64,000 nt of DNA from an uncultured candidatus Brocadiaceae bacterium (GCA_964655775.1 CAZZNQ010000004.1:7822-71821); one strand, 5' to 3'. Numbered from the stretch's first letter, positions 26,936 through 35,344 are shown. Notes: a model not told the origin generated them from the sequence alone. A program made the numbers and translations.

Positions 26936-29206
26936 GTGGAGAGAACCGACCTCAAAGATTCCATCGCGTTCGTTGCGACGTATCCTCCACGTCAGTGCGG
27001 AATTGCGACGTTCACCAGCGACGTGAGGGACTCCGTTACCCCCCACATGACGGATCGCCTCCGCAGCATCGCCGTCGCGATCGACGATCCGCGGGAAGAC
27101 CTGGACTACCCGGACGAAGTTCGTTACAGGCTGAACCAGTACGACAATGCCGATTACGTTCAGGCCGCGGAGTATCTCAACTACAACAAGGTCCGCGCCG
27201 TCTCCCTGCAGCACGAGTTCGGCATTTTCGGCGGTCGGGACGGTGCCTACGTCCTGGATCTTGTGCGCGAACTGCGTTGCCCGGTCGTGACGACTTTCCA
27301 CACCGTTTTGCGTGAGCCCAGCGAGGGACAGCGGGCGGTGATGGACGAGTTGATCGTGCTGAGCAGCCTGCTGGTGGTGATGAGCCACAAGGCGGTGGAT
27401 TTCCTGAAGGAGGTCTACGGCGCGCCCGAGCAGAAGATACGCTACATCCCGCACGGCGTGCCGCCGATCCCCCTTGTGGAACCGCAGAACTACAAGGCGC
27501 AGTTTGACATGGCCGGCCGCGAGATAATGCTCACTTTTGGGCTGCTGAGCCCGGGCAAAGGCATCGAGTATGCTCTGAAGGCCCTGCCGCCGGTGGTCGA
27601 CCGGCACCCCAACTTCTGCTACGTAGTCCTGGGAGCGACTCATCCGAACATTCTGCGCGAGTACGGCGAGAGCTACCGGCTGAGCCTTCAGCGGCTTGCA
27701 AGGAGTCTGAACCTTGAGCGCAACGTGCTGTTCGCCAGTCGCTTTGTGGCGTTGCCGGAGCTGTGCGAGTACCTGAAGGCGGCGGACATGTACATCACCC
27801 CCTATCTGGGGCGCGAGCAGATCACAAGCGGAACACTTGCCTACGCGCTGGGCGCCGGGAAGCCCATTGTGTCCACAAGCTACTGGTATGCCGAGGAACT
27901 GCTCGCCGACGGGCGTGGCATGCTTGTGGGCTTCGAGGATCACGAACAGATAAGCGAGGCGCTGCTGGAGCTTCTGGGCAATCCCAACAGGGTGCGCGAC
28001 ATGCGGGCCGACGCCTACGAGTTCTCGCGCCACATGACCTGGCACGAAGTGGGATCCTCCTACCTGGAAGCGTTCAGGGAATCCATCTCCAAGGCGCGCG
28101 TGCGGGCCTCCATATCGGACGTAAGCATGCGGCATGTGCTGTCGATCACCGGCCTGCCGCGTCCGAAGCTGAATCACCTCACAGGTCTCACCGACGACAC
28201 CGGTCTGTTGCAGCACGCTCGGTACACGGTGCCCGACCGCTCGCACGGCTACTGCACCGACGACAACGCGCGGGCGCTGGTGGTGGCGTCGAAGTACTAC
28301 GATCTTTTCCGCGATCCCGAAGCCGAGAACCTGCTGCGCATCTATCTGGCCTTCATGCACTACGCGCAACGGCCGGACGGCTTGTTCCATAACTTCATGA
28401 GCTACGATCGCCAGTTCCTGGACGAGGTAGGCAGCGACGACTGCTACGGCCGCGCTCTCTGGGGGCTGGGGTACACACTCGTGCACGGACCCGCCGCGCA
28501 CATTCGGTTCGCCAAGGAGATATTCGAGCGGGCCCTTGCGCATCTGCGCAGCCTGAACCTGCGGGGTCGCAGCAGCGCGATCCTCGGGCTGTATTACTAC
28601 CTCCATCGGTTCCCCGAGGCCGAGGATATCCTGGTCCGGATCACGGAACTTGCCGATGTCCACCTCAGCGCCTACAGGCAGGTTTCCGGTCCGGATTGGA
28701 AGTGGTTCGAGGACGTGATCGCTTACGGAAACGCCGCCATTCCGCAGTCGCTCTTTGTCGCTTACGAGGTGACGCACAAGGACGAGTACCTTCAGATTGC
28801 CCGCGAGAGCCTCGATTTCCTGCTGGAGATGTGCGACAGGTCGGATCACCTTTCGCTGGTCGGCAACGAGGGATGGCACCGTCGCGGGGACAAGCCGGCT
28901 ACCTTTGACCAGCAGCCGATCGATGCATGCGGTTTGGTGGAGGCATGCAAGTCGGCGTTCCGGATCACCGGGAAGCGGGCATACCTGCGTTACATGCGAA
29001 TGGCGTTCGACTGGTTCCTGGGAGTGAACGATCTGAACCAGTCCCTTTATGACTTCAAGACAGGCGGCTGCGCGGACGGCCTGGCCGCCACTGGCGTGAA
29101 TCAGAACCAGGGCGCCGAGAGCACGCTCTGCTGCCTTCTGTCGCTTCTGACGCTCACCGAGGTGTTCCCCGAGCAGGACCGTGCCTTCGGCGGGGCGTTA
29201 CGCTGA
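26936..29206 (+). CDS. GT4-family glycosyltransferase fused to a C-terminal (alpha/alpha)6-barrel-like domain
   Basis: The N-terminal ~390 aa are GT-B/GT4-like (ATYPPRQCGIATF...TPYLGREQITSGTLAYALGAGKPIVST). The C-terminal ~360 aa are helical-repeat with a six-hairpin glycosidase-like pattern (DDNARALV...DCYGRALWGLG...GNEGW...ESTLCCL). Confidence 0.7.
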   Translation: MERTDLKDSIAFVATYPPRQCGIATFTSDVRDSVTPHMTDRLRSIAVAIDDPREDLDYPDEVRYRLNQYDNADYVQAAEYLNYNKVRAVSLQHEFGIFGGRDGAYVLDLVRELRCPVVTTFHTVLREPSEGQRAVMDELIVLSSLLVVMSHKAVDFLKEVYGAPEQKIRYIPHGVPPIPLVEPQNYKAQFDMAGREIMLTFGLLSPGKGIEYALKALPPVVDRHPNFCYVVLGATHPNILREYGESYRLSLQRLARSLNLERNVLFASRFVALPELCEYLKAADMYITPYLGREQITSGTLAYALGAGKPIVSTSYWYAEELLADGRGMLVGFEDHEQISEALLELLGNPNRVRDMRADAYEFSRHMTWHEVGSSYLEAFRESISKARVRASISDVSMRHVLSITGLPRPKLNHLTGLTDDTGLLQHARYTVPDRSHGYCTDDNARALVVASKYYDLFRDPEAENLLRIYLAFMHYAQRPDGLFHNFMSYDRQFLDEVGSDDCYGRALWGLGYTLVHGPAAHIRFAKEIFERALAHLRSLNLRGRSSAILGLYYYLHRFPEAEDILVRITELADVHLSAYRQVSGPDWKWFEDVIAYGNAAIPQSLFVAYEVTHKDEYLQIARESLDFLLEMCDRSDHLSLVGNEGWHRRGDKPATFDQQPIDACGLVEACKSAFRITGKRAYLRYMRMAFDWFLGVNDLNQSLYDFKTGGCADGLAATGVNQNQGAESTLCCLLSLLTLTEVFPEQDRAFGGALR

Positions 29207-29248
29207 ATCGCGCTTTCTTCGTGAACCAGAATCTCCTTTTCAAACGGA

Positions 29249-30481
29249 GTGCCCGTGTCGCACAAGAAGCCCATCGTCATGCTGAGCAGTTGGCCGCCAA
29301 GAAAGTGCGGGATCGGTACGTTCGCCGAGGAAGCCCTGGAGTTCATCCAGAAGCACGAGCCGGACCGCCCTTCCTACGTGATCTCGCACACCGACGGCAG
29401 CGGCGCCAACGTGTCTCCCCTGATTGATATGGCGAAGGGCGACTGGTACGTGTCGGTCGCCGAGAAGATCAGGGAGCTTGATCCCTATGCCGTCCACCTG
29501 GAGCACGAATACGGTTTGTATGACTACGTGGATGCGGAAGGAAGATCGGACCTGAATCGTGGCTTCCTGCAACTGCTCAGGGAGATCGAGGACTATCCCA
29601 CCGTGGTCGAGCCGCACACCGTGCACGGGCGCATGAAAGAGCACGAGGAGGAGTTCGTTCGCGAGCTGGCCGGCCTGTGCAACGTGTTGCTGTTCAAGTG
29701 CCATTACCAGAAGTGGCGGCTCGACTGGACGTTCTCCCGCAGGAACTGGCCGCGCCCGCGCAACATCATGATCGTGCCGCACGGGGCTCGCCCGGACCGG
29801 CGTTTCGCCATAGACCAGGTGGACGATCTCAAGGACGACCTCGGCATGGGCTTCCTGCGCGGCAAGCACGTGATCGGCCTGGTGGGCTGGATCCAGGCGA
29901 ACAAGCGCTGGGACATCATGACGAACATCTGGCCGGACGTCTACGAGGAGATCAGGCGCGAGACCGGCCAGGAATGGGTTCTGCTGGCGGCGGGCGACAT
30001 GCGCGACCCCAACGACACCGGCGATTTCCGGCGCTACGTCGACGGCTTGAAGCTGCTGGAAAACCAGGGCATCGGCCACTTCTACCGGTTCACGCCGCGC
30101 GGGGACGTCTACTACAAGGTCATGGGCGTCTGCGATTTCGTCGTCCTGCCCAGCATCGATGAGACGCAGTCCGGCACGCTGGCGCGCATCATCGCGCTGA
30201 ACAAGCCCTACGTGACCACCGCGCCGCTGGAGGGGCTTACGGCGCAGACGCTGGAGAGCGGGGGCGGGCTGCTCTTCACCAACAGGGACATGCTCCGGCG
30301 TCAGGTGGTGAGGCTGGCGACCGACGAGGGTCTGCGATGGAACCTCGGCCATCGGCTGTACCGCTACCTGATGGACGTCGTGAGCTGGGAGGTCATCGCC
30401 GGGCGGTACTACGAGGCATACCGTGCCGCCAACGCCGAAGTCCACGACGGCGTAAAGGTGGACATCCCCCCCGAGTTCTGA
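29249..30481 (+). CDS. GT4-like glycosyltransferase (second copy)
   Basis: N-terminus SSWPPRKCGIGTFAEE parallels ATYPPRQCGIATFTSD of the upstream gene. C-terminal VVLPSIDETQSGTLARIIALNKPYVTT is a GT1/GT4-type nucleotide-sugar motif. GTG start. Confidence 0.7.
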   Translation: MPVSHKKPIVMLSSWPPRKCGIGTFAEEALEFIQKHEPDRPSYVISHTDGSGANVSPLIDMAKGDWYVSVAEKIRELDPYAVHLEHEYGLYDYVDAEGRSDLNRGFLQLLREIEDYPTVVEPHTVHGRMKEHEEEFVRELAGLCNVLLFKCHYQKWRLDWTFSRRNWPRPRNIMIVPHGARPDRRFAIDQVDDLKDDLGMGFLRGKHVIGLVGWIQANKRWDIMTNIWPDVYEEIRRETGQEWVLLAAGDMRDPNDTGDFRRYVDGLKLLENQGIGHFYRFTPRGDVYYKVMGVCDFVVLPSIDETQSGTLARIIALNKPYVTTAPLEGLTAQTLESGGGLLFTNRDMLRRQVVRLATDEGLRWNLGHRLYRYLMDVVSWEVIAGRYYEAYRAANAEVHDGVKVDIPPEF

Positions 30482-30490
30482 GATAGCCCC

Positions 30491-31852
30491 GTGGCTGAAT
30501 CCGAGGGAAGCTTGATGGACATCCGCCACGTCGTCACCTGTTTCCTCCGCCATCCGGACGGGGACCGTGTGCTTCTCGGGCAGCGGAGCGATCGTGTCCG
30601 CACCTATCCGGGACGCTGGGCGGCCATAAGCGGATCGGTCGAGACAGTCGGCCCGATGCAGCAGGCGTTCCAGGAGATCGAGGAGGAGACCGGCCTGCTC
30701 TCGTTCCAGTACCGCGTGAGCCATGAGGGCCTTCCTGTGCGCTTCGCGGACTGGGATCTGAACACGCTCTGGGTGGTGCACCCTTTCCTCTTCGAATGCG
30801 AGGCTCCGGACGCCGTGTGCAGGGATTGGGAGCACGGCCGGTTCGAATGGGCCACTCCCGAGCAGATTGGCGGGCGTGAAACGGTGCCCAGGCTCCGCGA
30901 GGTTTTTGATGCCGCGTGTCGCGCGCCCGACATCGAGTCGTTCGAATGGATCTTCGCCGAAGTGGAGGAAGACCGCAGCCACGGAGCCGAGGAACTGGGC
31001 ATGTGGGTTCTGGAGGGTCTGAAACGCGCCGCCCGACGCGCCGCCGCGCGACAGAGCTCCCACCGGACGTTCACCGAGGAAGTCTGCAATGCCTGTCGCC
31101 GGGCGCTCTCGCTGCGTCCCAGCATGGCCGCCGTGCGCAGCGCCTCGCTTTCGGCCTACGGCCTCTGCAAGCAGCAGGCGGAGTCCCCCGAGCCGCAGGT
31201 GATGGTGCGGGGCCTGGACGCGCTGATATCCTCTCGGGAGACCGGCGTGGCGGAGGCCGGTGCGGCGGCGGGGAACCGAATTCCGGAGCGGGCGCGGGTA
31301 GTCACCATCAGCAAGAGCTTCACGGTGCTCTGCGCGCTGGCCCACGCGGCGGACCGCATCCAGCGGCTTGTTGTGGCGGAGTCGCGGCCGGCGTGCGAGG
31401 GCCGGGGCACGGCCGAGACGGCGGCTTCCTTCGGCATACCCACGGAGCTGGTCACCGACGCTGCCGCGATGCACGCAGCGGCCGACGCCGACGTTGTGCT
31501 GGTGGGGGCCGACTCGGTGCTCGCGGACGGCACTGTCGTCAACAAGACCGGTACGTTCGGGCTGTGCTCCGCCGCAGCCCGGGGCGGCGCGCGCGTGATC
31601 TGCGTTGCGACGGAAAGCAAGATCATGCCGGAGGGGGCGGACCCGCAGATGGAGGAGATGGATCCCGCCGAGCTCGGCGAGGCGCCCCCGTCGGTCGACG
31701 TGCGGAACGTCTACTTTGAGAGGGTGCCCGGCGAACTGATCGGGGAGTTGGTGGGGCCGAACGGACCGCTCACACCGGATCTCATCTCGTCGCGGGCCGA
31801 GCAACTCGCCGACTGGGAGCAGGAACTCTCCGGCGATTCCGATAGACCGTGA
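30491..31852 (+). CDS. NUDIX-like hydrolase fused to eIF-2B alpha/beta/delta-family (ribose-phosphate isomerase-like) domain
   Basis: The N-terminus has a degenerate Nudix box (GSVETVGPMQQAFQEIEEETGL). The C-terminus has VVAESRPACEGRGTA...VLVGADSVLADGTVVNKTGT, typical of the eIF-2B/MtnA/R15P-isomerase family. Start is GTG 30491 or ATG 30515. Confidence 0.7.
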   Translation: MAESEGSLMDIRHVVTCFLRHPDGDRVLLGQRSDRVRTYPGRWAAISGSVETVGPMQQAFQEIEEETGLLSFQYRVSHEGLPVRFADWDLNTLWVVHPFLFECEAPDAVCRDWEHGRFEWATPEQIGGRETVPRLREVFDAACRAPDIESFEWIFAEVEEDRSHGAEELGMWVLEGLKRAARRAAARQSSHRTFTEEVCNACRRALSLRPSMAAVRSASLSAYGLCKQQAESPEPQVMVRGLDALISSRETGVAEAGAAAGNRIPERARVVTISKSFTVLCALAHAADRIQRLVVAESRPACEGRGTAETAASFGIPTELVTDAAAMHAAADADVVLVGADSVLADGTVVNKTGTFGLCSAAARGGARVICVATESKIMPEGADPQMEEMDPAELGEAPPSVDVRNVYFERVPGELIGELVGPNGPLTPDLISSRAEQLADWEQELSGDSDRP

Positions 31853-31930
31853 TCCGTCGGATCGAGCGATTGCCTTCCCGCACGTCTTCCCAATCTTGTT
31901 GGTTGCCCGAGCTTCTCCGGCAGGGCGCAC

Positions 31931-32269
31931 TCAGTGGTCGCAGATGTTGTCGCCTGTCTCGAGTTCGCCCGCAGCAAACTGCTGCGCGACATCCTGGGGC
32001 GGCATGGTGGGGGCGCCGACGATGACGCGAATGCCGTCCTGCGCAAAGAGCTGCTGTGCTCGTCTGCCCATCCCGCCGGCGATGATGCATTCGGCGCCCT
32101 TCTCCCGCAGCCAGCGCGGCAGCAGCCCGGGCTGGTGCGGGGGCGCGCTGAGCGTGTCGATTTCCTCTACTGCACCCGTGTCGCAGTCCACTTCAAAGAG
32201 CGCGAACTGCTCACAATGGCCGAAGTGTGCGGCGAGCTGTCCCTGGTAGACGGGTATGGCTGCCTTCAT
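31931..32269 (-). CDS. NifX/NifB-C-terminal-like (dinitrogenase FeMo-cofactor biosynthesis domain) protein
   Basis: 112 aa. HFGHCEQFALFEV...IIAGGMGRRAQQLF pattern of the COG1433-type domain. Confidence 0.75.
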   Translation of the reverse strand: MKAAIPVYQGQLAAHFGHCEQFALFEVDCDTGAVEEIDTLSAPPHQPGLLPRWLREKGAECIIAGGMGRRAQQLFAQDGIRVIVGAPTMPPQDVAQQFAAGELETGDNICDH

Positions 32270-32271
32270 GT

Positions 32272-33126
32272 TTATTCGGTCTCCTCTTCCAGTTCGATAA
32301 TGGGCTGGATCGCCCGACTGAATGCCTCAGCGGCCGGGCTTTCCGTAAGTGCGAACGGCCGTCCGCCGTCCGATGTCCGGACGATTTCCGGATCGATCGG
32401 AATCCGGCCCAGGAACGGCACGTCCATTCGCTCGGCCATTATCTCTCCGCCTCCGGTTCCGAACAAGTCCGCCTGTTGCCCGCAGTGCGGGCAGACGAAG
32501 CCGCTCATGTTCTCGATCACTCCGAGCACCGGCAACTGCAGCCGCCGGCAGAACGTAATGCATTTGCGCACATCGGCCAGGGACAGTTCCTGCGGGGTGG
32601 TAACCACCACAGCCCCCGTGGCGTCCGGCAGGAGCTGGCATACCGAGAGGGCCTCGTCGCCCGTCCCGGGAGGCAGGTCCATTATCAGGTAATCCAGCTC
32701 GCCCCAGGCGACATCCGCGAGCAGTTGCCTCAGCACGTTCATCTTCATCGGTCCGCGCCATATGACGGCCTCGTCCGGCCCGCCGGTGAGGAACTGTATG
32801 GACATCACCCGCAGGCCCGGTCCACAGCGGACCGGCAGCAGGCTCTCGCCGTCCGACTGCACAGTTGCCGATTCCAATCCGAGCAGGCGCGGCACGCTGG
32901 GGCCGTGCATATCGACGTCCAGGAGGCCGACGCTCAGTCCCCGCTCCGCGAGGACGGCTGCCAGGTTGACGGCCACGGTGCTCTTGCCGACGCCGCCCTT
33001 TCCGGACAGGACCGCTACCTTGTGGCGCACCTGCGCCATGCGCTCCCCCAGGCGCTGCTGGCTGCGCTCTCGCTGCTCCCGGGCCTCCTGTTCGGCCGTC
33101 CGGGACGCGTCGTCAGTCTCGCTCAT
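32272..33126 (-). CDS. Mrp/NBP35 (ApbC-like) Fe-S cluster carrier ATPase
   Basis: Deviant Walker A VLSGKGGVGKSTVAVNLA plus the CPHCG cysteine pair. Start set at ATG 33126 (TAGGAG upstream). Confidence 0.85.
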   Translation of the reverse strand: MSETDDASRTAEQEAREQRERSQQRLGERMAQVRHKVAVLSGKGGVGKSTVAVNLAAVLAERGLSVGLLDVDMHGPSVPRLLGLESATVQSDGESLLPVRCGPGLRVMSIQFLTGGPDEAVIWRGPMKMNVLRQLLADVAWGELDYLIMDLPPGTGDEALSVCQLLPDATGAVVVTTPQELSLADVRKCITFCRRLQLPVLGVIENMSGFVCPHCGQQADLFGTGGGEIMAERMDVPFLGRIPIDPEIVRTSDGGRPFALTESPAAEAFSRAIQPIIELEEETE

Positions 33127-33167
33127 TCTCCGCAACTCCTATCGCCCGTCTCGTGGGTTGGGCACGT

Positions 33168-33527
33168 TTACCAGTGTGAGGCGACGTCCGCTCCGTCGGC
33201 CTTCTCCAGTTCGCCGCCCTTGAACGCGGCCACCGCGTCGGATACGGTTCCGCTCGCGCCGAGGGCCACCTTCACGCCCGCCGCCTGCAGGACGGACATC
33301 GCCTTGGGGCCGATGTGCCCGCTGACGACCCAATCCGCGCCCAGGTCCACCACATTCGTGGCCGACTGCACGCCTGCGCCACCGGCGGCGGTCATGTTCT
33401 GTGCGTTGTCGACGGCCTCGAACTCGCCGCTCTCGTCATCGTACATGATGAAAAACGCCGCCCGCCCGAAACGCTGGTCGACTTCCGAGGAGAGCTGCTG
33501 TCCACGGCTGGTCACACATATCTTCAT
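33168..33527 (-). CDS. NifX/NifB-C-terminal-like domain protein (second copy)
   Basis: 119 aa. VDQRFGRAAFFIMYD...VVSGHIGPKAMSVLQAAGV pattern of the same domain. Confidence 0.75.
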   Translation of the reverse strand: MKICVTSRGQQLSSEVDQRFGRAAFFIMYDDESGEFEAVDNAQNMTAAGGAGVQSATNVVDLGADWVVSGHIGPKAMSVLQAAGVKVALGASGTVSDAVAAFKGGELEKADGADVASHW

Positions 33528-33556
33528 CGCTGAGTCCTTTCCCGCAGACGGCCGAC

Positions 33557-33581
33557 GGGGCGAGGTCGTCGACCTCGCCCC
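33557..33581 (-). other. Intra-operon GC hairpin
   Basis: An 11-bp perfect stem GGGGCGAGGTC / GACCTCGCCCC with a 3-nt loop, between the DUF5320 and NifX-like genes. No U-tract follows. Confidence 0.5.
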
Positions 33582-33604
33582 GTGGCGGTCGGCATGCAGA
33601 TGGT

Positions 33605-33967
33605 TTAGTCCTGCTTTTCCAGTTCGTCTATGCGCTTCTTGACATCCTCGAGGGCGTCCTCAAGGTAGCCCGCCTCGCTCTTGAGCACGTCGAGCTGCTG
33701 CTCGGCCGTGGGAGCGTATGGCTGTGCATAGGCGGCGCCGGCGCCGAATGCGGGCATGCCGTAAGCCGCCCGCTGCCAGCCCGGCATTCCGGTCGCGCGG
33801 AACCAGTTGCGGCGGCCCCAGCCACCGCGTCCCATCCCGCGGCCCCAGAATCCTCGTCCGCCGGTCGGGTTCATGTAGCCCGGCCCGGCGTAACCGGCAC
33901 AGTATCCTGCAGCACGTCCCGTCATTGGGCCCATCCCCGCGGGTCCCGTTCCGTCTCCGCCTGGCAT
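33605..33967 (-). CDS. DUF5320 family protein
   Basis: MPGGDGTGPAGMGPMTGRAAGYCAGY N-terminus, a GRG repeat region and a C-terminal coiled coil. GAAGGAGG RBS before ATG 33967. Confidence 0.7.
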   Translation of the reverse strand: MPGGDGTGPAGMGPMTGRAAGYCAGYAGPGYMNPTGGRGFWGRGMGRGGWGRRNWFRATGMPGWQRAAYGMPAFGAGAAYAQPYAPTAEQQLDVLKSEAGYLEDALEDVKKRIDELEKQD

Positions 33968-34042
33968 GGTTATGCCTCCTTCTAAAAGTATATATGGGTT
34001 AGACACTCTTCTCCTGACCGCTGACCGGGCCACCGGCCGGCG

Positions 34043-34237
34043 TCAGGTCTGTGTTCCTTCTCGGATCAGGTTCGCCCCGCACTTGGGGCACTGCATCTTG
34101 AAACACGGCACGCCCCGCTGGTGGGGGACGCGTTCGCCGCAACTCGGGCAGACGCATGCTCCGCCCGGGCCCACGCCGAATCCGCCTCCGGCGCCGCGGC
34201 CACCTCGGCCTCCGGCGCCCCTTCCCTGGCCACGCAT
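34043..34237 (-). CDS. Small zinc-ribbon protein with Gly/Arg-rich N-terminus
   Basis: 64 aa. CPSCG...CPKCG ribbon. CAGGAGGA RBS. Confidence 0.6.
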   Translation of the reverse strand: MRGQGRGAGGRGGRGAGGGFGVGPGGACVCPSCGERVPHQRGVPCFKMQCPKCGANLIREGTQT

Positions 34238-34252
34238 CTCATCGTCCTCCTG

Positions 34253-34606
34253 TTAGCCTCTGCCTCTTCCGCCTCTCCAGCCGTGCCTGCCCCGTTGACG
34301 ACGCCCCGCTCCCGGGACGAACTGAACCGGTCCGCCCTCGATCGCGAGCGCACATCCCTGCACGAAGGCAGTGGCGATTTTGCGCCGCGCCTCGGCCAGA
34401 ATGCGGCTGACCGTCGGCCTGGAAACGCCCAGGCTCTCCGCCACCGCCGCCTGATCCATACCCAGGTGGTCGGCAAGTCGGACGGCCTCGTATTCGTCCA
34501 GAGCGAGCGTTATCCAGTCCAACTCGCGGGCCGGCACGCCGGCCGGCTTGAACACCGAGGCCGGCGGCCGGTGGCCCACAAAGCGTTGCTTCTTGTTACG
34601 GGGCAT
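34253..34606 (-). CDS. DUF134 (UPF0251) HTH DNA-binding protein
   Basis: MPRNKKQRFV...DEYEAVRLADHLGMDQAAVAESLGVSRPTVSRIL is the DUF134 sigma-70-region-4-like HTH. ATG 34606 with GGAG 7 nt upstream. Confidence 0.8.
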   Translation of the reverse strand: MPRNKKQRFVGHRPPASVFKPAGVPARELDWITLALDEYEAVRLADHLGMDQAAVAESLGVSRPTVSRILAEARRKIATAFVQGCALAIEGGPVQFVPGAGRRQRGRHGWRGGRGRG

Positions 34607-34621
34607 CAGCACTCCATTATG

Positions 34622-34631
34622 AACATATGTT
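34622..34631. promoter_or_regulatory. Perfect palindrome AACATATGTT (candidate operator) over the predicted +1
   Basis: It sits between the -10 element (34638-34633) and the RBS of the DUF134 operon. It extends imperfectly to ATGAAC-ATAT-GTTTAT. Confidence 0.5.
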
Positions 34632-34632
34632 T

Positions 34633-34661
34633 ATTATAGGCCGCCGACTGGGGCCTGTCAA
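34633..34661 (-). promoter_or_regulatory. Consensus sigma-70 promoter of the DUF134 operon
   Basis: The minus strand reads exactly TTGACA-N17-TATAAT. Confidence 0.7.
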
Positions 34662-34706
34662 GGCTTGTTTCCGAATTCTGTCGATGCTGGTCGGCGGTCG
34701 GCGCGA

Positions 34707-34735
34707 TTGCATCCGACGGGCCTTTCAGGTAGCAT
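34707..34735 (+). promoter_or_regulatory. Sigma-70-type promoter candidate for the ferritin-like gene
   Basis: TTGCAT-N17-TAGCAT. The leader carries the 10-mer GGCCGTTCCG twice (34736-34745 and 34785-34794). Confidence 0.45.
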
Positions 34736-34827
34736 GGCCGTTCCGGAGAGCAGCAGGGCCGCAAGGGGGACTCAGGTCCGCATCGGCCGTTCCGCACCGA
34801 AACAGCAAACCTGAAGGAGGAGGAAGG

Positions 34828-35313
34828 ATGCCGAACCTATTTTCCGTGCGCGAGCTTGTGGAAGTGGCCATCCAGGAGGAGCAGACGGGAGCGACCTTCT
34901 ACCGGGCTCTTGCGGAGAGCACGGACTCGGCGGAGCTGGAGGAGTTCGCCCTGGAGGTGGCCGAGATGGAGGACGAGCACGAGCAGAAGTTTAAGCAGAT
35001 GCTCGAGGGGTTGGGCGAGTACGAACCGACCGGCGAGTCGTACGCGGGCGAGTACGAATCCTACATGTCCTACCTTCTGGAAGGGCGCATATTCCCGGTG
35101 GGCGACGAGAGCCGCAAGATGGCGCAGCGCCAGATGTCCGACGAGGAGGCCGTCGAGACGGCGATGGGCCTGGAGCGCAACACGCTGTTGTTCTACCTGG
35201 AGATGCTGCGCTTCATCCCCGAACAGCACAGGTCTCTGCTGGACGACATCATCACCGAAGAGCGCCAGCACGTGCGTGACTTCGCGCAGTACAAGGCGGA
35301 CCACTTCGCTTAA
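34828..35313 (+). CDS. Ferritin-like / rubrerythrin-family diiron protein
   Basis: ATG 34828 after GAAGGAGGAGGAAGG. Paired ExxH-type helices (EMEDEHEQKF and ITEERQHVRDF). Confidence 0.7.
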   Translation: MPNLFSVRELVEVAIQEEQTGATFYRALAESTDSAELEEFALEVAEMEDEHEQKFKQMLEGLGEYEPTGESYAGEYESYMSYLLEGRIFPVGDESRKMAQRQMSDEEAVETAMGLERNTLLFYLEMLRFIPEQHRSLLDDIITEERQHVRDFAQYKADHFA

Positions 35314-35320
35314 GAAGCCG

Positions 35321-35344
35321 CGGGGCCTGTGACGGTCGGCCCCG
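35321..35344. terminator. Stem-loop between convergent genes
   Basis: CGGGGCC / GGCCCCG 7-bp stem with a 10-nt loop. No clear U-tract. Confidence 0.35.

Noticed and set aside
25322-28879. 1185-aa ORF on the minus strand
   Set aside because: It is antisense to pgi and the GT4 fusion gene, both of which carry clear family motifs. Its translation is Arg/Gly/Ala/His-rich with no recognisable domain. Long open antisense frames are expected in GC-rich DNA.
29240-31930. 896-aa ORF on the minus strand
   Set aside because: It is antisense to the second GT4 and the NUDIX-eIF2B fusion, which have recognisable motifs. No domain was recognised in the antisense product.
34619-34634. LexA (Cheo-type GAAC-N4-GTTC) SOS box
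   Set aside because: There is one mismatch (GTTT) and no SOS gene context, so autoregulation by the adjacent DUF134 HTH is the simpler reading. It is kept only as an alternative in the findings.
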